64,000 nt of DNA, from assembly GCA_032654565.1 (NCBI GenBank), contig JAULAX010000005.1, forward strand, positions 96,001 to 160,000, read 5' to 3'. Source of the DNA: Anaeromyxobacteraceae bacterium. Lineage in GTDB: Bacteria; Myxococcota; Myxococcia; Myxococcales; Anaeromyxobacteraceae. Positions 52,072-61,259 of this stretch are shown piece after piece. Every line of letters starts with the position of its first letter. The first letter of the stretch is position 1. A model generated the notes under the pieces. That model made no database searches. It was not told where the DNA came from and was given only the letters and a program-made list of their open reading frames with translations. The translations under genes were made by a program, and so were the position numbers.

Positions 52072-52854
52072 ATGGCGAAGAAGCGGAGCGGCGGCGGCAC
52101 CGGGCGCGGCACCCGGACCTCGGCCGTCGAGGTGGAGGTCTTCCCCCCCGGGACCCTCTCGCTCGACGCGCTCGACCTGACCGCCGAGGTGGCCGAGGAC
52201 GACTACCAGGAGCGGCTGGCCAGGCTGGAGCAGCGGGCCCTGGTGGTCCAGATCCGGAACTTCCTGCGCGGCGGGCGGGCGGTGGTGGCCTTCGAGGGCT
52301 GGGACGCCGCCGGCAAGGGGGGCTGCATCAAGCGGCTCACCTCGGAGATGGACCCGCGCGGCTACAAGGTCTGGCCCATCGCCGCGCCGCGCGACGAGGA
52401 CGCCCGCCACCACTGGCTGTGGCGCTTCTGGCGGCGCCTGCCCGAGCAGGGCGAGCTGACCATCTTCGACCGGAGCTGGTACGGCCGGGTGCTGGTGGAG
52501 CGGGTCGAGGGGTACGCCAGGCCCCACGAGTGGAAGCGCGCCTACGACGAGATCAACGCCTTCGAGCGGACCCTGACCGCCGACGGCGTCCGGCTGGTGA
52601 AGATCTTCCTGCACATCGATCGCAAGGAGCAGAAGCGGCGCTTCGCCGAGCGCGCCGGCTCCCCGGCCAAGCGCTACAAGCTGGGGCCGGACGACTGGCG
52701 CAACCGCAAGAAGTGGCCGGAGTACCAGGCGGCCATCGGGGAGATGCTCGACCGCACCCACCGCCCCGACGCCCCCTGGGTGCTGGTGCCGGCCACCTCC
52801 AAGCGCCACGCCCGCCTCGAGGTGCTGCGCACGGTCATCGACCTGCTCTCCTGA
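52072..52854 (+). CDS. Polyphosphate kinase 2 family, single domain
   Basis: FEGWDAAGKGG, FDRSWYGRVLVERVEG, EINAFE. Confidence 0.92.
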   Translation: MAKKRSGGGTGRGTRTSAVEVEVFPPGTLSLDALDLTAEVAEDDYQERLARLEQRALVVQIRNFLRGGRAVVAFEGWDAAGKGGCIKRLTSEMDPRGYKVWPIAAPRDEDARHHWLWRFWRRLPEQGELTIFDRSWYGRVLVERVEGYARPHEWKRAYDEINAFERTLTADGVRLVKIFLHIDRKEQKRRFAERAGSPAKRYKLGPDDWRNRKKWPEYQAAIGEMLDRTHRPDAPWVLVPATSKRHARLEVLRTVIDLLS

Positions 52855-52946
52855 CCGCGCCCCGGGGCCCGCGCCGCGGTGGCGCCGGCACGATCCGCTG
52901 GCGCCGCGCCCGGTCCGCGGTAGAACCCGGGCCAGGAGATCCGCCC

Positions 52947-53390
52947 ATGCTCACCCTCGTCCGCTACCTCCACGTCCTCTCCATGGCCACCTGGCTCGGC
53001 GCCGCCCTCTGGCTGGCCGGCGACGCCCGGCGCAGCCTGGCCGCCGACCCCGCCGCCGCCCGGGCCTTCTTCCAGCGGGCCCTGGCCTCGCTCCGGCTCG
53101 ACCGCTGGGCCGGGGTGGCCACCATCGTCACCGGGGCCGCGCTCTTCCACCTGGCCCATGTCTGGCCGGCGCTGCCGGCCGCGCTGGTGGTGGGGATGAC
53201 GCTGGGCGTGGCCCGCGCCGGGCTCACCGACGCCCTGCTGCTCCCCACGGTCCGCAAGCTCCAGGCCCGGCTGGAGGCCGGCGAGGCGCCGGCGGCGCTG
53301 CTCCCCTCGGCGGGGCGGCTGGCCATGCTCTCCGGGATCGGCCACCTGGTCTGGCTGGGGGCGCTGGCGGGGATGATCGCGGCTTCATAA
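52947..53390 (+). CDS. Hypothetical four-TM membrane protein
   Basis: AGGAG RBS; YLHVLSMATWLG start; hydrophobic helices. Confidence 0.75.
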   Translation: MLTLVRYLHVLSMATWLGAALWLAGDARRSLAADPAAARAFFQRALASLRLDRWAGVATIVTGAALFHLAHVWPALPAALVVGMTLGVARAGLTDALLLPTVRKLQARLEAGEAPAALLPSAGRLAMLSGIGHLVWLGALAGMIAAS

Positions 53391-53501
53391 TCGCGACGGC
53401 GCCGGCCCCGTCCACCTGACGGCGCCTCCGCCAGGGCCCGTCGGGTCGGATCCGCTCGGGCCTGGTTGCGCTGGCGGCACCAGAGGCCGGCGCCCGCGCG
53501 A

Positions 53502-53690
53502 CTACCAGAGCTTCAGCACCGCCGAGAGCACCAGCCAGGCCGGCGCACCGCAGAGCAGCAGCGCCACCCAGGAGACCTGGAGCAGGCGGCGGCGGCGGGG
53601 CGGGAGGTGCGGCAGCGAGGCCCAGGTGCGCAGCCCGCCGGCGGCGAAGCCGAGGAGGGCGAGGGGGACGAGGAAGGCGGGGGAGTTCAC
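53502..53690 (-). CDS. Small two-TM hypothetical protein
   Basis: GTG start; two hydrophobic segments around an Arg-rich loop. Confidence 0.5.
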   Translation of the reverse strand: MNSPAFLVPLALLGFAAGGLRTWASLPHLPPRRRRLLQVSWVALLLCGAPAWLVLSAVLKLW

Positions 53691-53898
53691 GGGGGGCCTC
53701 GACGAAGGTTCGGCAGGTTCCTTCAGAGGCGACGGAGCGGGGCGCGGGCAGGAAAGAAGGATCCGGGGGGGCGAGAGCCGGGCGCGGGCGGGAGAAGCGG
53801 AGCCGGTGGAGCTCGGAGCGGGGCCAGGGGAGGAGGGGGTGCTCGCATCTTGCGGCGGCGCCACCAGAAACCGGCGCCGCCACGACTGGCCGTCGCGA

Positions 53899-54462
53899 TT
53901 AGATTTGCATCACGTCCTTCTCCTTGGCCGCCACGATCAGGTCGACGTTCTTGACCCCGTCGTCGGTCTCCTTCTGCACCTTCTCCATCGACTTCTTCAC
54001 CTCGTCGGCGGAGCAGTCGCCGTCCTTCTCGGCGGCCTCGAGCAGCTCCTTGGCGTCGCGCCGCTCGTTGCGGATCGACACCTTGAACTCCTCGCCCTTG
54101 TGCTTCACCTGCTTGACGATCTCGCGGCGCCGCTCCTCGGTGAGGGCGGGGATGGGGATCCGCACCATGTCCTTGTCGGACATGGGGTTGAAGCCGAGGT
54201 TGGCGTCGCGGATGGCCTTCTCGATCACCGGGATGAGGTTCTTCTCCCAGGGCTTGGCCACGATCATGCGCGGCTCGGGCACCGAGAGCGTGGCCACCTG
54301 GTTGAGCGGCGTGGCGGTGCCGTAGTAGTCGACCCGCACGTTGTCCAGCATGTGGAGCGAGGCCCGCCCGGTGCGGACGGTGGCCAGCTCGCCCCGGAAG
54401 GACTCCAGCGTCCGGGCGATGCTGGCGTGCAGCTCCTTGACGACGTCGTCGGCGAGGCTCAT
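53899..54462 (-). CDS. frr: Ribosome recycling factor
   Basis: RTGRAS, VDYYG, PALTEERR, IRNERRD. Confidence 0.98.
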   Translation of the reverse strand: MSLADDVVKELHASIARTLESFRGELATVRTGRASLHMLDNVRVDYYGTATPLNQVATLSVPEPRMIVAKPWEKNLIPVIEKAIRDANLGFNPMSDKDMVRIPIPALTEERRREIVKQVKHKGEEFKVSIRNERRDAKELLEAAEKDGDCSADEVKKSMEKVQKETDDGVKNVDLIVAAKEKDVMQI

Positions 54463-54484
54463 GGCCGTCTCCTGGAAGCGGGCG

Positions 54485-55234
54485 TCAGCGCCCGGTGGCG
54501 CGGGTCACGGTGGTGCCGATCTCCTCGCCCAGCACCACCCGGCGGACGTTGCCGCGGATGGTCGAGTCGAAGACGATGATGGGCAGGTCGTTGTCCATGC
54601 ACAGGCTGATGGCGGTGGAGTCCATCACCTTGAGGTTCTTCTTGAGCACGTCGATGTAGCTGAGCGACTTGAACTTGGTGGCGGCCGGGTTCTTCTTGGG
54701 ATCGTCGGTGTAGACCCCGTCCACCTTGGTGGCCTTGAGCAGCACGTCGGCGTGGATCTCCATGGCGCGCAGGCTGGCGGCGGTGTCGGTGGTGAAGTAG
54801 GGGTTGCCGGTGCCGGCGGCGAAGATCACCACCCGCCCCTTCTCGAGGTGGCGGATGGCGCGGCGGCGGATGTACGACTCGGCCACCTGGTGCATCTCGA
54901 TGGCCGACTGGATGCGGGTCTCGACGCCGATCCGCTCCAGGGCGTCCTGCAGCGCCATGGAGTTGATCACCGTGGCCAGCATGCCCATGTAGTCGGCGCT
55001 GCTGCGGTCCATGCCCTCGGTGGCGCCGCTCACCCCGCGGAAGATGTTGCCGCCGCCGATGGTGAGCGCCACCTCCACCTTGAGGTCGACGCAGTCCTTC
55101 ACGTCCTGGGCGATGGCCTGCAGCGTCTTCGGCGAGATGCCGTACTTGCCCTCGCCCATGAGCGCTTCGCCGGAGAGCTTGAGCAGGATGCGCTTGTACC
55201 GGGACTTCGACTTCTCGGGTCGCTCGCTGGGCAT
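54485..55234 (-). CDS. pyrH: UMP kinase
   Basis: [32 protein letters not shown]. Confidence 0.98.
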   Translation of the reverse strand: MPSERPEKSKSRYKRILLKLSGEALMGEGKYGISPKTLQAIAQDVKDCVDLKVEVALTIGGGNIFRGVSGATEGMDRSSADYMGMLATVINSMALQDALERIGVETRIQSAIEMHQVAESYIRRRAIRHLEKGRVVIFAAGTGNPYFTTDTAASLRAMEIHADVLLKATKVDGVYTDDPKKNPAATKFKSLSYIDVLKKNLKVMDSTAISLCMDNDLPIIVFDSTIRGNVRRVVLGEEIGTTVTRATGR

Positions 55235-55294
55235 GGTCCGCGGTTTCTGGGTCAGGGTGGTGGGACGGTCCGGGTGCCGGGAATCGGCGGGATT

Positions 55295-57190
55295 CTACTC
55301 GACGGCGGGCGTGGGCGGTGGGCTTCCGGACGGCGCGCCCCCGGAGCTGGCGGGACCCCCGCCTCCGCTGCCTCCACCGCCTCCGCGGCGGCGGCGGCGG
55401 CGCCCCCCGCGGCTGCGACGTGCCGAGGTCCCGGCCTCCGACCCCTCGGCGTGGCCGCCGTGGTCGGCGTGGTCGCCGGGGCCGGCGTCGACGGTGGTGA
55501 TGGCCCCGTGGCCTCCGGCCGGCACCGCCTCGGACGGGCCGGAGTCGCCCCGGCCCATGTCGATGGAGCGGGTCTTCCCCTCGTTCGCCCCCGGTCCTCG
55601 GCCCGGCCCGCGGCCGTGGCCGGGACCGCGGCTCGGACCGCGGCCGTGCCCGCCGTCCCCGCCGTGCGCCTCGTGGGCAGCGTGGCCGTCGTTCGCGACG
55701 GGCGCGTCATGTGCGGCAGGGGCAGCGTGCCCTGACGGTCCGGCGTGCCGGCCCGCCCCTTCGCGGCGGCCGCGCCCTCCGCGCTGGCCGTGTCCGCCCC
55801 CATGACCGCCGCCGCGGCCGGACTCGCGCCCCTCCGGGCGGGGCGGCGGGGGCGGCTGGCGGGCCGCCTCGGCCTTCCAGTGGTGGTAGACGTCCACGCC
55901 GACCCCGGTGGCCTCGACGGTGATCCGCAGCAGCTGCAGGGCGTCGGTGAAGTAGGGCTGGCCGGCCAGGCCGCGGCCGCGCCGGCGGCGACGCGCCTTG
56001 GGGTGCGGCTCGAAGAAGATCGACTGCGCGTGGAGGGCGAGGCGGATGCGCTCCGCCACCTTGCGGGGCAGCCGCGAGGTCCGCACCAGCTCCTCGAGCA
56101 GGAGCTCGGCGGCCGGCGAGGCCCGCAGGCCGGGCGGGGCGTCCTCGCCCTCGGCGGCCTCGTCGGGCAGGTCGTCCTCGCCGCCCGGCGAGGGGGGCGG
56201 GGCGCCCAGGTGGACCAGCAGGGTGCCGAGCAGCACCGCCTCGGAGACCTGCTCGCCCGACCTGGTGAGCCGGTCGAGGGCGCCGAGGTGGGCGATGAAC
56301 CCCTTGCGCTGGGCGTCGTCCCAGCGCTCGTGGGCGGCGGCCAGCGCCGGCAGGATCATGGGCAAGGCGCCGCAGGCCCGCAGCAGCGCGAAGGCCCGGG
56401 CCGACCCGCCGCAGCGGAGCAGCTTGAAGATCTCCTCCAGCACCCGGGCCGGCGCGCAGCGGGCCAGCTCGCCGGCGTGGCGGCGCATGGCCTCGAAGGT
56501 GTCGGGGGCGATGGCGAAGCCGAGCCGGGCGGCGAAGCGGACGGCCCGCAGGGCGCGCACCGGGTCCTCGCGCATGCGCACCTCGGGATCGCCGATGGTG
56601 GACATGCGGTGGGCCTCGAGGTCGGCCCGCCCGCCCACGAAGTCGATCACCTGGCCGGTGGCCGGGTCGTAGAAGAGGCCGTTGACGGTGAAGTCGCGGC
56701 GGACGGCGTCCTCCTCGGCGGTGCCGAAGACGTTGTCCCGGGTGATGAGCAGGTCGCTCTCCTCGCCGGCGTCCTCGATGAGGTCGGTGGGGTTCTTCCG
56801 GAAGGTGGCCACCTCGATGACCTTGCCGTCCCGGAAGTAGACGTGGGCCAGCCGGAAGCGCCGGCCGATGAGCCGGCAGTTGCGGAAGATGGCCCGCACC
56901 TCGCCCGGGTGGGCGTCGGTGGCCAGGTCGTAGTCCTTGGGCGTGACGTCGAGCAGCAGGTCGCGGACGCAGCCGCCCACGAAGTAGGCCTTGTGGCCCA
57001 TGTGGCGCAGCCGGTAGACGATGCGCAGCGCGTCCTGGTCGAGCCGGTCGGGCGCGATCTCCGGATCGACCGGCATGGGGATGGGTGGATCGAGGGCCAG
57101 TCCGGCGGGCGGCGGGCCGCGAGGCGCGTCGTCGTGTTCCTGGTGCTGGCGGGGGGGGCGCTGCGAGGTGCGGCGGTTCTGATCGTTCAT
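55295..57190 (-). CDS. pcnB: Poly(A) polymerase I with a low-complexity C-terminal tail
   Basis: GGCVRD, KDYD, PAP-specific LIGRRFRLAHV, RRDFTVN, EDPVR. Confidence 0.92.
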   Translation of the reverse strand: MNDQNRRTSQRPPRQHQEHDDAPRGPPPAGLALDPPIPMPVDPEIAPDRLDQDALRIVYRLRHMGHKAYFVGGCVRDLLLDVTPKDYDLATDAHPGEVRAIFRNCRLIGRRFRLAHVYFRDGKVIEVATFRKNPTDLIEDAGEESDLLITRDNVFGTAEEDAVRRDFTVNGLFYDPATGQVIDFVGGRADLEAHRMSTIGDPEVRMREDPVRALRAVRFAARLGFAIAPDTFEAMRRHAGELARCAPARVLEEIFKLLRCGGSARAFALLRACGALPMILPALAAAHERWDDAQRKGFIAHLGALDRLTRSGEQVSEAVLLGTLLVHLGAPPPSPGGEDDLPDEAAEGEDAPPGLRASPAAELLLEELVRTSRLPRKVAERIRLALHAQSIFFEPHPKARRRRRGRGLAGQPYFTDALQLLRITVEATGVGVDVYHHWKAEAARQPPPPPRPEGRESGRGGGHGGGHGQRGGRGRREGAGRHAGPSGHAAPAAHDAPVANDGHAAHEAHGGDGGHGRGPSRGPGHGRGPGRGPGANEGKTRSIDMGRGDSGPSEAVPAGGHGAITTVDAGPGDHADHGGHAEGSEAGTSARRSRGGRRRRRRGGGGGSGGGGPASSGGAPSGSPPPTPAVE

Positions 57191-57431
57191 TCGTTCGCCG
57201 GATCCGGGGGGCGCCCAGCGAGTAGGAAATCCACCCGCCGGAACGCACCGACACCGTCGGGCTCTATCTCCGAGCGAGGTCTTACCGGGTGCCTCGCGGT
57301 GAGTCAAATGCGCGCACCTCGCGAGGCCCGCCAGCGGCGGTCCGTGAGCGGGCGCACGGCGATCGGCGGAGGGATCCCGGTCCCAACTTCCGGCCGCCTC
57401 GCCCGGAGTGCAGGCCGGTGCGCGGACTCCT

Positions 57432-58241
57432 TCAGAACAGCGGCCGCTGCACCGGCCCCTCGCCGAGCGCCTCGCGCACCGGCGCGAAGCTGCGGCGGTG
57501 GAGCTCGCAGGGGCCGAGCCGGCGGAGCGCCTCGAGGTGCTCGGGTGCGCCGTACCCCTTGTGACGGGCGAAGCCGTAGCCCGGGAAGCGGGCCTCGGCC
57601 TCGACCATCAGCGCGTCGCGGGTGGTCTTGGCGATGACCGAGGCGGCGGCGATGGAGAGGCTCCTGGCGTCGCCGTGGACCATCCCCTCCTGCGGCCAGG
57701 GGACGCCCGGCACCCGGCGAGCATCGACCAGCAGGTGCTGCGGCGCCGGGGAGAGGGCCTCGACGGCGCGGCGCATGGCCAGCAGGCCGGCCTGGTAGAC
57801 GTTGAGGGCGTCGACCTCGAGGTGGGTGGCGACGCCGACGCCCCAGGCCACCGCCCCGGCCTTGACCTCGGCCGCCAGCCGGTCGCGGGCCGACTCGTCG
57901 AGCCGCTTCGAGTCGTCGAGGCCGCGCGGGCGCAGGGTGCGCGGCAGGATCACCGCCGCCGCCACCACCGGCCCGGCCAGCGGCCCCACCCCGGCCTCGT
58001 CGACGCCGGCGATCCGCTCCACGCCCGCCTCCCAGAGCGGGGTCTCGAAGACCAGCAGCCGGCGCAGCCGCTGCCCCTCGGCCCGGTTGGCGGCGCGCTG
58101 CCGCTCCACCGCCACCAGCACCGCCCGGGCCCCGGCGCGGGGATCGGCCGCCAGCGCCGCCGCCTCGGCCTCGCCGAGCGGTTCACCGCGGGTGAGGAAG
58201 CGGGCCCGGAGTTCGGCGATGGGGAGGGTGGAGAGATCCAC
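57432..58241 (-). CDS. rnhB: Ribonuclease HII
   Basis: [35 protein letters not shown]. Confidence 0.96.
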   Translation of the reverse strand: MDLSTLPIAELRARFLTRGEPLGEAEAAALAADPRAGARAVLVAVERQRAANRAEGQRLRRLLVFETPLWEAGVERIAGVDEAGVGPLAGPVVAAAVILPRTLRPRGLDDSKRLDESARDRLAAEVKAGAVAWGVGVATHLEVDALNVYQAGLLAMRRAVEALSPAPQHLLVDARRVPGVPWPQEGMVHGDARSLSIAAASVIAKTTRDALMVEAEARFPGYGFARHKGYGAPEHLEALRRLGPCELHRRSFAPVREALGEGPVQRPLF

Positions 58242-58373
58242 GGGGGTGAGCGTAGCAGAGGGGGAGGGGCGGTGGAGCGGGAGCGGGAGGACGAGCGAAC
58301 CATGCCGGCTGCTGCGAGCGCCTGGGCGGCGGTGGCGATCTCTGGACAGTGGCGTCCCTTCCAGAGAAAGCGG

Positions 58374-58379
58374 TGTCAA
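58374..58379 (-). promoter_or_regulatory. Outward-facing -35 box (TTGACA) at the IS right end
   Basis: Joining the ends through the AGG core gives TTGACA-17 nt-CATCAT (the -10-like box is at 59944-59949). Confidence 0.7.
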
Positions 58380-58499
58380 GGGCACACCTCTCCATGTCCC
58401 TGACGTCTTCGCCTTCGACGCCGGGCGGTTCGTTCGCGTTCAGGACGACGGCCGTGGCCGGTCGCCGGCTCCGCGTGGCCGGCGGGTCGTGAGTCCACG

Positions 58500-58720
58500 G
58501 CGCCACTTGCTCAGTGATGCGATGGTCGAGTTTCAGCGCGTCGAATTCGAAGCAGGTTCGTGCTTCCCGAAATGGGGAGCACCACACTTCCAGCAGGGCC
58601 TCTGATGGCCATTGCTTCGTTGGGTGCTTCGAGGGGGCATAGCCTCTTGGAAGGGCCTCCACGGCGCGGCCGTGGTGCCAAGTGACGTGCGGATACTCTC
58701 CCTCGAACCTTTCGCGCGCA
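58500..58720 (-). ncRNA. Putative bridge/seek RNA of the IS110 element (boundaries approximate)
   Basis: Two similar units GAGGCCCT-N-guide...GAAGCAC. Guide 1 CCAAGAGG equals the target flank plus core; guide 2 CTGGAAG equals the IS end plus core. Confidence 0.7.
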
Positions 58721-58763
58721 GCGACATCGGCGGCTTCATTGAGCAGGCAGCGCTCTGGCCGTA

Positions 58764-59828
58764 TCACGCCTGCGCGGATGTCTTCGACTGGTGCTTCTTC
58801 GTGTCGTAGGCCTCCTCGTGTTTCCACATCGCCAGCACCGCCGCCGAGATGCGGCGGGCCATCGTCACCATCGCGAGATTGGGCTTCAGCCCTCGCTCGA
58901 GCAGTCGCTGGTAGTCGGCGTGGAGTGGGTGGCTCGTCATCCGGTAGGCCACCAGGTGAGCGGCACCCTTGAAGACCTCCTTGAGCGTGCCGCAGCGATT
59001 CCGGTTGAGGCCGCGCGACTGCTGCGTTTGAGCTCGTACCCACTTGCCGTTCCGGTCCTTCACCCAGTCCGCCGACGAGCGAGTCACGATGCTGAGGCCG
59101 CAGTAGGCCCAGAACTGCCGCTTGGTGCGGAAGCGCTGCGGCGTCACCACCGTCGCCACGATCTGAGCCGAGCGGATGGGGCCAATGGCAGGCGCGGTCG
59201 CAAGCAGCTTGACGATCCGGTGCTGCTTCGACGCCTCGTGCAGGCGTTCCTCCGCCTGGCTCCAGAGCGTCTCCAGCACCTTCAACTCCGCCAGAAAGAC
59301 TTCCGCAGACCGCTGATGCTGCCTCGGTAGGTGCGCCGTCCAGGCCGCGTGCTCCTGCTCGCGGAAGGCCTCTCCGCCCGGTGGCATCAGGCCGCGCGAT
59401 CGGAAGAGCGCCTTGAGCCGGTTCTTGGTTCGCGCCACATCGCTCCGCAGCATCTCGTAGCTCCGGACCGCCGCGCGCAGCTCCGAGTACGGTCCCACGC
59501 CCTTGTAGACTCGGCGCAGGCTGTGGCCCGTCCGCAAGATCTCGGCCAGGGCTGCGGCGTCCCGCGCGTCGTCCTTCGCGCCGGGCCTCTTCCCCGGCAT
59601 CACAACCACCACGTCCTCGGCTTCGCCCCGAAGCAGTTCGTACAGCCAGGCACTCTGCGTGCCCTCTTCCAGGCAGATGCGCTTCTCTCCGGGGATCCCC
59701 CTCAGGACCTGCTTCAGCGCAGCTCCATTGGTCTCCACGACCTCTTGCCTCAGATGCTTGCCGGTCGCGCTCAGCACCACCAGGGTGCAACTCTGAGCAT
59801 GCACATCCAGTCCGATGTACCGTTCCAT
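58764..59828 (-). CDS. IS110-family DEDD transposase/recombinase
   Basis: AAGGAGG RBS; YIGLDVH, CLEEG and KDDARD supply D-E-D-D; C-terminal PAIGP...F...AYCGL...RSS with the candidate catalytic Ser; MARRI. Confidence 0.95.
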   Translation of the reverse strand: MERYIGLDVHAQSCTLVVLSATGKHLRQEVVETNGAALKQVLRGIPGEKRICLEEGTQSAWLYELLRGEAEDVVVVMPGKRPGAKDDARDAAALAEILRTGHSLRRVYKGVGPYSELRAAVRSYEMLRSDVARTKNRLKALFRSRGLMPPGGEAFREQEHAAWTAHLPRQHQRSAEVFLAELKVLETLWSQAEERLHEASKQHRIVKLLATAPAIGPIRSAQIVATVVTPQRFRTKRQFWAYCGLSIVTRSSADWVKDRNGKWVRAQTQQSRGLNRNRCGTLKEVFKGAAHLVAYRMTSHPLHADYQRLLERGLKPNLAMVTMARRISAAVLAMWKHEEAYDTKKHQSKTSAQA

Positions 59829-60013
59829 GGGCGTCCTCCTTCGGTTGGGACCTCGCAATCTCAACCCTGCCACTTCGTGGCAGAGGAGGGCGCCCTTCAC
59901 CCGTCTGGTCCGGTCGGCCCTGGAGCTTCAGCGCCATCTTTCTATGATGCCTCTTGGGTTCCACGGGCGTTCGCGACCCCGGAAATGTCAGACCCTCATG
60001 AGACGCTCCGTGA

Positions 60014-61216
60014 ATGACCAACGCGCACCCGACCCTGTCTCCGGCCGCGGCTTCCGCTCACGCTCCGGCCAGCCGTCCTCTCGAACTCTGTGAGGCCCGG
60101 CGGCTCCGCGATTCACTCAAGACCCTGCTCCGAACAGAGCAGACCGCCATGGCCGACTTCCTCGTCGCCTTGGCCGACTTCGATCGGCGGCGTGGATGGG
60201 AGGCCCTGGGGCATGCAAGCCTGTTCGCCTTCCTCAACGTGGAGTTGGGGCTGACGCCGGCTCCGACCTACTGGCGGATCGAAGCCGCACGCCTGCTCCA
60301 GCGCTTCCCCGACCTGGTCGATCTGGTTCGGCAGGGAAGGCTGTGCCTGACCACCATCGGTGAGCTGGCCAAGGTCCTGACGGTGGAGAACTGCTCAGCC
60401 GTGTTGCCGCGCTTCCTGGGCATCTCCTCCCGTGAGGCCAAGGAAATCGTGGCCGAACTGCAGCCCAGAGCGGCGCCGCCGATGCGGACGGTGATCACCC
60501 CGCTGGCCCCGGTCTGCCATGCGGGGCAGTCTCCGGCCATCGTTTCCCTGCCCCTCGCGGCAGCGTCGGTCGCGAAGGTGGGGGCGTGGGCGCGAGGGCC
60601 TGCGGTCGACACGGACCCTGGGTCGCTTTGGGCGCCCAATGTGGAACCGGCCGCCCCCGCCCCGGTGGCGCCTCGTCGGGACGAGGTCCACCCCCTCACC
60701 GCCGAGTTGAGCCGGCTCAGCACCACGGTCAGCCGCGGTTTCCTCCAGAAGCTCAAGACCGCTCGCGCCGGCCTCGGCCACGCCATCCCCGGCGCCACGA
60801 CGGAGCAAGTGCTCGAAGCGGCACTCGACCTGCTGCTCGAGAAGCAGGCCAGGGCGCGCGGCCAGGTGAAGCGGCCGCGGGCGGTGCTGCAAGTCTCGAC
60901 CGAGACCTCGACCACGACCGGACCGCCGCCTCACCGTAGAGAGGGCGAGCGTGAGGCCATCCCCGCGTCCGTGCGCCGCGCCGTCTGGGCGCGCGACGCC
61001 GGCCGCTGCTCCTGGCCGCTCGACGGAGGCGGCACCTGCAGTTCGACGCACCGGTTGGAGCTGGACCACATCGTCCCGTGGGCGGAGTGGGGCGGGGAGA
61101 CGGAGGCCAGCCTCCGCCTGGTCTGCGCGGTTCACAACCGGCTGGCGGCGCGGCAGGTGTTCGGGGAGCGGTGGATGGGGAGGTACGGGGGAGGATCAGC
61201 CGCGCGTCCTGGCTAG
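60014..61216 (+). CDS. HNH endonuclease domain protein with a long helical N-terminus
   Basis: LADFDRRRGWEALGHASLF; IPASVRRAVWARDAGRC...LELDHIVPW...CAVHN. Confidence 0.85.
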   Translation: MTNAHPTLSPAAASAHAPASRPLELCEARRLRDSLKTLLRTEQTAMADFLVALADFDRRRGWEALGHASLFAFLNVELGLTPAPTYWRIEAARLLQRFPDLVDLVRQGRLCLTTIGELAKVLTVENCSAVLPRFLGISSREAKEIVAELQPRAAPPMRTVITPLAPVCHAGQSPAIVSLPLAAASVAKVGAWARGPAVDTDPGSLWAPNVEPAAPAPVAPRRDEVHPLTAELSRLSTTVSRGFLQKLKTARAGLGHAIPGATTEQVLEAALDLLLEKQARARGQVKRPRAVLQVSTETSTTTGPPPHRREGEREAIPASVRRAVWARDAGRCSWPLDGGGTCSSTHRLELDHIVPWAEWGGETEASLRLVCAVHNRLAARQVFGERWMGRYGGGSAARPG

Positions 61217-61259
61217 ACGCCGGCGCGGCCTGGAGGGCGCCCGATTGCGGATGGCGGCG

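Larger units (their letters stand above)
58357..59952 (-). mobile_element. IS110-family insertion sequence (IS1111-like layout, long right end), about 1.6 kb
   Basis: Transposase; lower GC; CCT (AGG on the minus strand) repeated at 58357-58359 and 59950-59952; imperfect sub-terminal inverted repeat with AGAAAG core; outward-facing TTGACA near the right end. Confidence 0.85.

Noticed and set aside
58350..59957. Reconstructed empty IS site TGGCGTCCCTCTTGG as a sigma54 promoter for the HNH gene
   Set aside because: It reads GG-N10-GG rather than GG-N10-GC, which is too weak to call.
58183..60021. 612-aa ORF overlapping the IS110 transposase
   Set aside because: An alternative frame with no motifs; the transposase frame carries all expected catalytic residues and an RBS.
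60014..61216. HNH protein as an RNA-guided IscB/Cas9-like nuclease using the nearby non-coding region
   Set aside because: No RuvC or PLMP motifs are visible, and the non-coding region is explained by the IS110 element.
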